33,102 bases of DNA. Origin: Octopus bimaculoides. Its lineage: Eukaryota. The translations under genes and the position numbers were made by a program. Location of the stretch: assembly GCF_001194135.2 (NCBI RefSeq), contig NC_068988.1, positions 26,973,039 through 27,006,140 on the forward strand. Direction: 5' to 3'. Positions 23,859 to 33,102 of the stretch are shown piece by piece (position 1 is the first letter of the stretch; the number at the start of each line of letters is the position of its first letter). The notes below the pieces were generated by a model, which worked only from the letters and a program-made list of their open reading frames with translations, was not told the origin of the DNA and did not search any database.

Positions 23859-24158
23859 CAGTGGCGGACTGGCCAGGTTACCAGCTTGCCCAATGGCAAG
23901 TGGGCCCCTGAACCATTAGAACTCATATACGAGGGGGGGGGGGGTCATGCTAGTATCTAAAGGGCCCGTCCCCTCAAATTTGAGAATTTTTTAATCACTC
24001 CTGGAAGAATGCATTAATTATTTCAGGCTGGCTGTGTTTGTAGACAGTTGAAAAGAACACTTTTAACAAAAGAAAAAAATTAAATGATAGCATTATAGTT
24101 GCATGTGGGCCCCTTTAGGCTCCTAACAACCAGTATTTTTAGACCCAGTCTTCCACTG
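23859..24158. mobile_element. Non-autonomous hAT-type DNA transposon (MITE), 300 bp
   Basis: Left end CAGTGGCGGACTGG versus right end (reverse complement) CAGTGGAAGACTGG, 12/14 identical. CATACATA on both sides (23851-23858, 24159-24166). Three subterminal GGGCCC motifs. CAG-starting TIRs with an 8-bp TSD are typical of hAT. Confidence 0.8.
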
Positions 24159-24522
24159 CATACATACATACATACACTCACACACACATACATGCACACG
24201 CATACACACACAAATACACACACACGCATACATATATACATACATACATGCGTACATACATACATGCGTACATACATACATACATGTGTACATATATACC
24301 CTGTTGTTGATGTTGAAATTACAACGAAGGAGCCTTGGATCTAATTTAGAAATGCACTCTTTCTCTATTGGCAAGAAATCTTGAAATAAAACTGAACAAT
24401 GACATACATACATACTTACATACATACACACATACATGCATACATACATGCATGCATGCATGCATGCATACATACATACATACATACATACATGCATACA
24501 TACATGCATACATACATACATG
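24159..24522. repeat. Degenerate (CATA)n/(CA)n/(CATG)n arrays with a short unique interruption
   Basis: Direct reading. Confidence 0.85.
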
Positions 24523-26019
24523 TAGATATGACTGGCTCATGCACATTTTTCATCTACCAAGTTCTGCTCTCAAGGTCAACCAAATCTACAAGTCGCTGCA
24601 CGAAGGGGTCGAATCCAGACCCAATTGCTGCAACGTTAACATTTTAAGCACGTATCTATACCCACCAGTTGTTATATGACGTCATAGTATTATGATAAAC
24701 AAGAATGAATATTCTAATTAGGGAGAGATGTCGGTCGTAGCAAACAATATCTGATGAGGGAATGTGTTGAAGTTATGTATACGTGTTCTCTTTCACACAC
24801 ACACACACACACACACATAAATATATATGTGCGCGCGCGTGTGTATACATACATACATACACTTAACTCGATAGACGAATTTTTTTTTCATTCTGCACTT
24901 TGTCTACATCCTCTTTCTTCCCCTCCTCTCCTCCTAGTCATTATCATCTACATTGCCATTATCATCCTCGTTGTCGTCATTGTCATAATCATTATAATAA
25001 ACATTATTTTTGTAACAACGTCTGTTAATATTACTATTGCTGCTTTTCTTAATTATGAGTAATTATCAACTAAAAAACAGTTACGAGAAAATTTTGCCGT
25101 AATCTACATCAAAATAGTTCGCACAAATTTGGATAAATTCATGTGCCGATGGGAGAATGAAGTTTTTTCAGCAACGGGTTTCATAAAAAATAGTAAAAAC
25201 GTTTCTACTCAGAGAATATGACTTTGATGAAAATGTCTACAACAAAGATGTAACGAAGCGGTAGATGTTATATCTCTCGAACTAAGAGAACACAACCTCC
25301 TTTTCTCTCTGACGTTAAGGTGTTGCTCGACACATTATTCTGGTCTTCGAATTTTACAAACTTTATTGTAGATAAATTAACTTAGTTAAGGTGTTGCATT
25401 CCTGAGGAATATTACCAGAGATCAGAGTAGCTGCAAAGGTTCCACACTTACATATGTTTGTTGTTTGCGTTCAAGTGAGTTTCAATAAAACAACTTGAAT
25501 AGTATTTTTGCGGGAGTGGTTGGTGAAGCGATTGACAGAGCAGCAAATTCACAATAATACATTGATGGGAAGTAAAAACGAACATCACTCATTCAAATTT
25601 CAGCTCGTATCTTTGACCTTAGTTCTTCCTATATCTCCACCTCATTCCAGTCTCCATTGTCCACGATTGACCAAATAGCTTTTTCAAATACCTTTCATCT
25701 TTATCCTTTAAAATACGTTTTTTTTTTATTTATTTATTTACATGTTCATTTTTTATTTACTTTCCTTTTTGATTCATCCATTCATTCATATATTTATCCA
25801 CCATATATATTCCATCATTTTCGCTTATTTATTTATTTAAGAATTTTTTTTTCTGTTTCTGTTTATGTAAGCATTCACATTATATATTCTCTCACCTTTT
25901 ATTTATCGTTTCAATTATTCATCTCTATATTTACTTACTTTATACATTCCTTTATATCATTTCCGCTTTACTCTCATTTATCTCGCCACACCGTTCCCCT
26001 ATATCGAATCCATTTAACA

Positions 26020-26425
26020 GGCGCTGACACAGCTGTGTGGTTAAGAAGCTCGCTTTGCAACCACGTAGTTTAGAGTTCAGTTCCACTGCGCGGCACCTTG
26101 AGCAAGTACCTTCTACTATTCAGCCGGGCCGATCAATGCCTTGTGAATAAACTGGAACGCCGGAACCTGTCCGGAAGCCACTCCTATATGCGTGAGCGTC
26201 TTTGTGTTTTTGTTTGTCCCCTCCACCCGCACTAGTTGACAATTGGTGTTGACTTGTTGGTTTGTTTGCATCCTAGTAATATAGTGCGTCCGCAAAAGAG
26301 ACAGATAGAATAAGTAGCATACTTTAAACATAAGTATTGGGGTCGATTTGTTCAAATAAACCTTTCAAGGCGCTACCCCAGCATGACCGCAGTTGAGTGA
26401 GTGAAATATGTGAAAGAAAGGATTA
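26020..26425 (+). mobile_element. SINE family B (CORE-like), near full length
   Basis: Head GGCGCTGACACAGCTGTGTGGTTAAGAAGCTCGC...GAGTTCAGTTCC, then CACCTTGAGCAAGTACCTT (CORE-like), and a 3' part matching 8790-8920. Confidence 0.8.
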
Positions 26426-26723
26426 AAACATTTTAGGTAAACCACTCTAGTCCTCCCTACAGCACTTCAAAGAATTGTTTTCTCTTTTTATTACCTCCTA
26501 TCATCATATTGAAAATTTATTAGTCTATCAGCTTTTTTCACAAAGCAATTGACCATGTCCACAAATACCAATCAACTTGTCTCGTTCAAAACCATTTGAA
26601 CATAACCATATTTCAATGAGGATCGACCACAGATAATCCGCTCTCGGATACATCCTTCAGCAATGCAACAGAAGTTCTCATGGGATAGTCACTGATCTTT
26701 ACTATCAAGATATCTGCTTGATG

Positions 26724-26929
26724 AAAGCAGCAAGCCGGCGCAATCGTTAAATGTTTAGCCGTATTTCGTCTGTCTTTACGTTCTGAGTTCAAATTCCGCC
26801 GAGGTCGACTTTGACTTTCATCCTTTCTGGATCGATAAATTAAGTACTAGTTGCGTACTGGGGTCGATCTAATCGACTGCCCTCCCCTCCCCAAAAATTT
26901 CGGACCTTGTGTTTAGAGTAGAAAAGAAT
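26724..26929 (+). mobile_element. SINE family A (first of a dimer)
   Basis: GTATTTCGTCTGTCTTTACGTTCTGAGTTCAAATTCCGCCGAGGTCGAC...AGTTGCGTACTGGGGTCGATCTAATCGACT is nearly identical to the 2625 copy. Confidence 0.9.
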
Positions 26930-27096
26930 CGTTAGCACGCCGGGCAAATTGCTTCGCAGCATTTTGTCTGTCTTTACGTTCTGAGTTCAAATTCCAACGC
27001 GGTCGATAAAATAAGTACCAGTGGCTAAGTGGGTCAACGTAACCACTTAGCCACCTCCCTCGAACTTGCTGGCCTTGTGCCAAAATTTGGAGCCAA
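26925..27096 (+). mobile_element. SINE family A, 5'-truncated and internally deleted (second of the dimer)
   Basis: AGAATCGTTAGCACGCCGGGC...TTCTGAGTTCAAATTCC..GGTCGATAAAATAAGTACCAG. Confidence 0.85.
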
Positions 27097-27212
27097 TATA
27101 TCTTCTTAATGCGTTGATGTGTTAATTTAATTAGGATTTCCTCAATTTCTTACGGATTTCTAACTATATTTAGGGAGATTTATAGCTAGATATATATGTG
27201 ACTATGTATGAA

Positions 27213-27264
<52 letters not shown>

Positions 27265-27306
27265 TATATTATATTATATTATATATACATCCATACATAT
27301 ATGCAT

Positions 27307-27364
<58 letters not shown>

Positions 27365-27365
27365 A

Positions 27366-27940
27366 AATGTTAATGCCGAAAAGTTGGCACGTTAAAGCAT
27401 ATTCAATCTATCTGCTTAATGAAGATACGTGGAGATACAACGAAGTCCTCGAAATTGTATATTGTGCTTGTAAGAAGCAGGCGCCAAATGATCAATGGAG
27501 GCAAGACACTACAGAAGGATGTTAGTAAACAGTTTATCACATTTGTTCACCAAAGTCAAGATGACTGCCCAAAACAGGAGTAAGCTGTGAATGACGAGAA
27601 ATGGGATGGAGTTTGGAAACTGGTTGCAGATCTTGGAGGCTATGAGCGCCTATTCCCAATACCAACAAGTAAGAAGCCGGATATGACAATATGGTGTGAG
27701 GAAGGTATAGTAATTCACCTTCTTTAGTTAACTGTTCCACATGAAAACAATATAGGTGCAGCTCAGGTTGGGAAAGACGAGCGATATGAGATGCTACGAG
27801 AAGATTGTATAGATGCCGGTTGGAATGGAGTACAGTTTCATGTAGAAATTGGACAGTAGCAGCTTTATTCGAAACAGACTAAAACGGTGACTGCTATCAA
27901 CTGGGTCAAAAATCGGCAAGAAAACGCCATCTTGAAAGAA
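27366..27940 (+). mobile_element. Decayed HERO-like (restriction-like endonuclease, R2 group) non-LTR retrotransposon C-terminus
   Basis: Degenerate CCHC knuckle C*CRKVGTLKHIQSIC (27368 onward), then TWRYNEVL. One frame from 27614-27853 reads WKLVADLGGYERLFPIPTSKKPDMTIWCEEGIVIHLL*LTVPHENNIGAAQVGKDERYEMLREDCIDAGWNGVQFHVEIG. This fits the RLE pattern W.L.VDL..(R/K)PD...ELTVP.E...K..Y..L...C...GW...VE.G, with the catalytic Glu codon now TAG. Confidence 0.85.
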
Positions 27941-28832
27941 AGAGATTTCGCTCGGCGTGCTAACGTTTCTGCTAGCTATATAATATAGTCTTAGTCAGGC
28001 TATATTATTAATGGTATATAATTGGTTAGGATGGTACCGTCGGTTTCGTGCTGTCTATTACAACTGGCAATATTGACGATTTTTTAGATATATTAACCGG
28101 AACATTGTGGCCAGCTATACGCCATATCCTATAATTCACTACATTATAGAAACATAATTGTTATATTTCTCATATAGAGTGTGCTATTTTTTCTGACTTA
28201 TGGGCAACGAACTGATTATATGTGTATGAAAGACAAGAGTTCAACTATTTATTTGGCTGTTGCTTCATACTCACGTATCACTTCTATGTTTTGAAAATAT
28301 AATGAATATATAATTTTAACGATGAACTGTATAATAATATCGACGAAATACAACATAACCCAGATCCGTAAATATCATAGTATATTTCTCTAACACCGAA
28401 TCTGGAAAATGGTGATTACAGATGAAATTCCATTTTCATTAAATAATTCTTCGATTTTATTTTGCATTTTGTTTCGGTTTTTGTTGCGTATTTTTGCTTG
28501 TGTCTTTTAAATCTGCTAAAAATTGCTGACAGAATATCAATGGCTTCGGACCTACAGATTAAACATTTGAAATTAAGACACACGTAATAAAAACAATAAC
28601 AAAAACATGCGTATTTTATTTGAAATTCAAAACATGAATTGGAATTAACCCAGACAGTCACGTTTTTACGTCTGTTTCATCACTTTTCCCAGAGGTGGCG
28701 ATGTTTCTATTTTCTAGTTTCTTTTTTTTTTTTTTTCATAAAAGATGGAGTCGGCTGTTTAAAACGGTGTCTGCGTGCGTGTGTTTGTACGTTTGTATGT
28801 ATATCGTTGTATGTGTGCATGTGTCTGTTATC

Positions 28833-28872
<40 letters not shown>

Positions 28873-29452
28873 TGATATGGGACGGAACAGTAAGTGGCCA
28901 CTGTAGCTGGACTCTATGAATAATTATCAAGAGACAAAAACAAATAAACTAAAACCCCGAGAGGAGACATGTCTGTTAACTAAAATATGGCAAGTAATTG
29001 GTCGCCTTCGAAGTTGTGTGGTAGAAATCATTGTTTTAAATCATCGATCTTTGGTCGATCGTCACAGCTGGATGAAATGAAACCCAGATTTAAAAAAATG
29101 TTTTAAAATAACTACTATATAACATAACAAGAAGTGTGAAAAGCTATGTATTTTTATTAGATTTCCATTGATTACGTCGGTGAGTTATATTTGTTGTTGC
29201 GGCATCGTTGTTGTTGATGTTTTTATTTTCCATAGGCTTGGAACCATTGAATGATAAAAAGAACATTATCAATGAATATTCGTTATGTTGGGTGAATAAA
29301 GAACTGTCGAGAGTCTGCTGTAATGGCATCACACATTATCAGGAAGTAATGATACTACTTTTTCGACTAAATACTGACAACAACACACTAATGGTATGAT
29401 GTATTATATTAGAGCAACGATACTAGCGCGGTCGCCAAAAGTATTTGATACA

Positions 29453-29520
<68 letters not shown>

Positions 29521-29535
29521 TGATGATAATAATGA
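29453..29535. repeat. (TAA)n microsatellite grading into (TGA)n
   Basis: Direct reading. Confidence 0.95.
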
Positions 29536-29923
29536 CACGAAATGGAACAGTTATGATATTCGTGCACAGTAAACACTATTCGAAATCGTAATATCAGAGA
29601 CATATTTTGTTTGCAATATAATCATATCGTTTACTATAGCACCCGTACGATACCATTCAAGAGTGTAATACCATTTTGCAATGTGGTACTTTTATGAAGA
29701 TATATCACGTCAACGTTCAGTATAAGATTATACAGCATAAAGGTCATTCTTTATCACAATACGATACGGTGTAGTAACAGAGTGACACAAGAACTCAATA
29801 TTCAAAGCATAAATTACGTATCTTAATATATACATATACACTCACATATATAATTATATATATATATAAGGGTGGCTTGTTCGCGATTTTACAAAGGAAA
29901 GGCAGAAATGTATACTTCAATAT

Positions 29924-30036
29924 AGTGACTGACTTCACTAGTCAGCACTCGTATTGCTAGAAATAATAGTTAAAGTATGTGTTGTTTTAACACTTATTTC
30001 TAGCAATATTGGTGCTGATTAGTGTCCTCAGTCACT
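29924..30036. repeat. In-register inverted repeat (54-bp arms, 5-nt loop); hairpin RNA or small MITE
   Basis: 43 Watson-Crick pairs, 5 G-T and 6 mismatches, no gaps; flanked by TAT on both sides. Confidence 0.9.
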
Positions 30037-30134
30037 TATGTGACGTATATATATGTGTGTGTATGCGTGCGCGTGCGCATGCGCGTGTGCGTGCGCGTGC
30101 GCGCGCGTGTGTGTGTGTATGCTTGAATGTGGTG

Positions 30135-30335
30135 GGAGGAGCGTGACTTAGTGATTACGATGGTACACTCATGATCGTTTGACTGTGGTTTCGATTGCTG
30201 AACCGGACGATATACTTAAGCAAAACATTTCGCTTCTCAATTCTCCGGTTCACTCATAAGACAAAAATGAGTAATCCTACGACGGACCAGTGTTCCATCC
30301 TCCAGTAAGGAATATATACGCCCCAGAATGAAAGA
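30135..30335 (+). mobile_element. Degenerate tRNA-derived SINE, family D
   Basis: tRNA-like head GGAGGAGCGTGACTTAGTG...GGTTTCGATTGCTG (A- and B-box-like), similar to the family C head, followed by a different body. Confidence 0.65.
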
Positions 30336-31127
30336 GTACTAGCTAAAGTTAATGAAAGAGTACTATCTGTATCATCGAGAATTCGATCAATTATACTTTT
30401 CCTCTGCGAAATGCAAGGAAAGAATAAGATACCATGAAACAAATAAGGTATTTTCTAAATGTAAGTTGTATGATAGTTAGCATCCGATATGAAACGAAAC
30501 ACTTTCCTTGAATATACTAAAGTATAAACGAATATATAAACGAATATATTGGCAAGACCTACTGAATTTGCTCTGATGTTTCATTGATTACGAGGGTTGA
30601 ACATCAGCATGATTAATGACCAGCACCGAACAAACGTCATTTAGACTGTTGGGAAGATTCTAATAAATCATTTCTCAGTAATGCTTTAATTGTCTTTGAC
30701 ATGAGAGCGTATCTGAGCCCGAACTAAATCGGAAATTAAACTCCACGAATTTTAGTCAACCAGTGTTTCCCACATCATACCACCACCATGATCACTTTTT
30801 ACAAAATTTAAACAACCTTATCTATAAAAGCTTTTTTTTTAAGCCATGACTTTGTAGGGCGAAAAGGGTAATTGGTTTTAAATGAGACTAGTCTTGCTTA
30901 AAGTGGCACAGATTTTGACTCCTAAACATCGAATGAGAGATTTATTATTCTGTTACTTTTTCCCTGTCTTTGTTTCCACTAGCAACAGAGTAAGGAACGT
31001 CATGAATTTATATCCCCCATCATCCCACCCTATTGTCATTGTATTCAGTTCTATTCATTTAGAATCTGATCTCTCCAGCTATCGTAGGGGCGCCCTTTGT
31101 TCTTCTTTCCAAAAACCGTACTCTCCT

Positions 31128-31128
<1 letters not shown>

Positions 31129-31218
<90 letters not shown>
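31129..31218. repeat. (CA)n(TA)n compound microsatellite
   Basis: Direct reading. Confidence 0.95.
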
Positions 31219-31220
<2 letters not shown>

Positions 31221-31433
31221 GAATGCTGGATGAGACCAAATAATTTTAGATGCATTTAATTTGAGTAAAAATTTATTGTTGTTAAATCATTTCTCACAGA
31301 TTTTAACTTTGTCAAAGACATTAAATGAAGTACGAATGGCGTATGCTCTTAAATGGGTTATTGAATTCATTTGGGCTTTTTTTTTTCTATAATCCGTCGC
31401 AAGAAAAATTATTTTCTGCTGTACCTCTTCCAG

Positions 31434-31519
31434 GATGGTAGAAAACCTGGGAACAAAAAAGCAGAAGTAGAAACCTCTTTAATAAAAAGAGGCTTCGACT
31501 TCTGGTTTTCTTGACCATC
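31434..31519. repeat. Imperfect 86-nt inverted repeat (hairpin)
   Basis: Inner stem 31462-31480/31486-31504 (17/19 pairs). Outer helices AGAAAACC/GGTTTTCT and GATGGT/ACCATC. Confidence 0.8.
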
Positions 31520-32089
31520 ATAGCTTCTCATATAGAAGACACTCTGTGAAGGTCAGGAACGCTTTGTAATTGAAACTTGGAAGTCTCACTGGTCGATAGC
31601 TTTTAAACTTGATTTGGTTAATCTTTTGGAAATTTACAATAATGTGTCTTCGTTTGAAAGAAGATGGTTTATCATCGATTGTCATGATGCTGTTAAAATT
31701 TTGAATGTTTTTAGATGAATCTCAGTCAGACTGAAGCAATCTTATACAAGATTTATCAAAACCAGTGCTTATTACTGTTTTCATTCCAGTAACAGATTCT
31801 TCTACCTCAGATAATATTTTAGTATAGTGTTAAATCCACGTCTTTGTTGTTTTATGAGAGATATATAACTCAGTATGTTATTCTTAGTAGAAGGCTGGCC
31901 AACGTTCAAGGATACCACCATGATTTCACTATTAATTCAACATTTCCAAGACTTAAGTTCTTCCGATGCTTTCGAGTTTTAATAACTTTCTGCTCTAGTT
32001 TCCTTCTTTAGCTGTAGCTATTTTGTTACAGCTTTAACAGCTCAGTGGGGCTGTCACCATATGACTTCCTAATAAACTAGTTTTCTACT

Positions 32090-32190
32090 GGCAGAGCTGT
32101 ATGGTTCAGATGTTAGTCGTGCAGCCAGGTGGTTTTACCTTCAGTCTGATTATGTGGTACGTTGAGCAAGTGCCTTCTATTATAACCACG
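32090..32190 (+). mobile_element. Degenerate SINE family B head and core
   Basis: GCTGTATGGTT...TGTGGTACGTTGAGCAAGTGCCTTCTATTATAACC resembles 26030-26120. Confidence 0.55.
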
Positions 32191-32229
32191 AATTTACCAA
32201 TGTATATGTATATATATGAATATATATAC

Positions 32230-32282
<53 letters not shown>

Positions 32283-32430
32283 GTGTGTGTGTGTATTCAT
32301 ATATATATATATGTGTATATATTTGTAAATCCCTATTATTATTATTATTATCAGTTATATATATATATATATGTATGTATATAGAGAAAGAGTGAGAGAG
32401 GGAGACAGACAGACAGACAGGCAAAGAAAT

Positions 32431-32466
<36 letters not shown>
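32431..32466. repeat. (GATA)n, preceded by (GACA)n at about 32403-32420
   Basis: Direct reading; abuts the 3' end of the Tx1-like copy 2. Confidence 0.97.
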
Positions 32467-32467
<1 letters not shown>

Positions 32468-33102
32468 CTTTCTTTTATTAGCCACACAGGGCTGCACACA
32501 GAGGGGACAAATACAACTGTAGAGCTTTTCTTTAAGAAAAAAAATCCGATCAAAAGGGATCGGTAGGGGCAAAAAAAAATGGGGGTATCGTATATCACAG
32601 AAAATGTCAATTGTGTAAAATGGGGTAACATTAGGTTTATCCATGGAGAGAAAAGCCTACGGAAAAGACCGTGGTAACCTCAGCAGGGAATAGACACATG
32701 AGAGCGAAGTGCTCTCTCTCTCTTTTTTTTCGATTTATAGGATCATACTCAAAGAAGTATCGTCACTCGCACGCACCATCTTTGCTACATTCACCCACCT
32801 TTTAATGAAACTTTCACGAGACAAAAACTGTCTCTCTATTCTCACCTTCCTTTTCAAGTGATACTTGAAGTTGATGAGCGATTGGCCTTTCGCTCGGGTC
32901 CACCACACACATTCTTTCACCATGGCCACCAGTATGATGAACACTGCCTTGCCTTCCCTGTTGAGGGACGGTGGTGGAGCAATTTGCACAATAGACTCGG
33001 CTGACAGGCGGACTCGTCCCACACGTGACAGCAGCCGTTCGGCATAAGCCCACAGGTCGGAAATCTTTGGACACTGCACGAGTGCGTGCAGAACGGTTTC
33101 GT
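32467..33102 (-). mobile_element. Tx1/L1-type LINE 3' end (copy 2): ORF2 C-terminus plus about 270-nt 3' UTR; continues beyond the window
   Basis: The minus frame is open from the window edge: ETVLHALVQCPKISDLW (end of a CCHC knuckle, ET..H....C...W) through ...KECVWWTR...KRWVNVAK... to the stop at 32735. The 3' UTR ends AATAAAAGAAAGT then (TATC)n. Confidence 0.8.

Noticed and set aside
24751-24790. Hammerhead-like core CTGATGAG
   Set aside because: No stem II followed by GAAA and no closing helices.

Overview
AT-rich, microsatellite-dense eukaryotic genomic DNA with seven assembly gaps. It is most likely from a coleoid cephalopod (Octopus-like). That is an inference from the SINE families I recognise from memory, not a database result. 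I cannot support any host protein-coding gene, rRNA, tRNA gene or CRISPR array, and nearly all ORFs in the supplied track are translations of microsatellites or N runs. The window holds about 16 tRNA-derived SINE copies or fragments from about four families and a 300-bp hAT-type MITE with TIRs and an 8-bp TSD. It also holds decayed fragments of three non-LTR retrotransposon lineages: Dong/R4-like (6.9-7.5 kb), HERO-like restriction-like endonuclease (27.4-27.9 kb) and two copies of a Tx1/L1-type 3' end (15.5-15.8 kb and 32.5-33.1 kb). Best leads: (1) both visible Tx1-like junctions abut (TATC)n in the same orientation, suggesting a GATA-microsatellite-targeting LINE; (2) four long hairpins at 13.3, 16.0, 29.9 and 31.4 kb, one with a 5:0 G-U versus A-C bias; (3) an unexplained, gap-free 141-bp duplicated module with a coding-like substitution pattern (17.6 and 20.0 kb); (4) several weak minus-strand exon candidates, including a 9-nt candidate whose two splice sites pair with each other.
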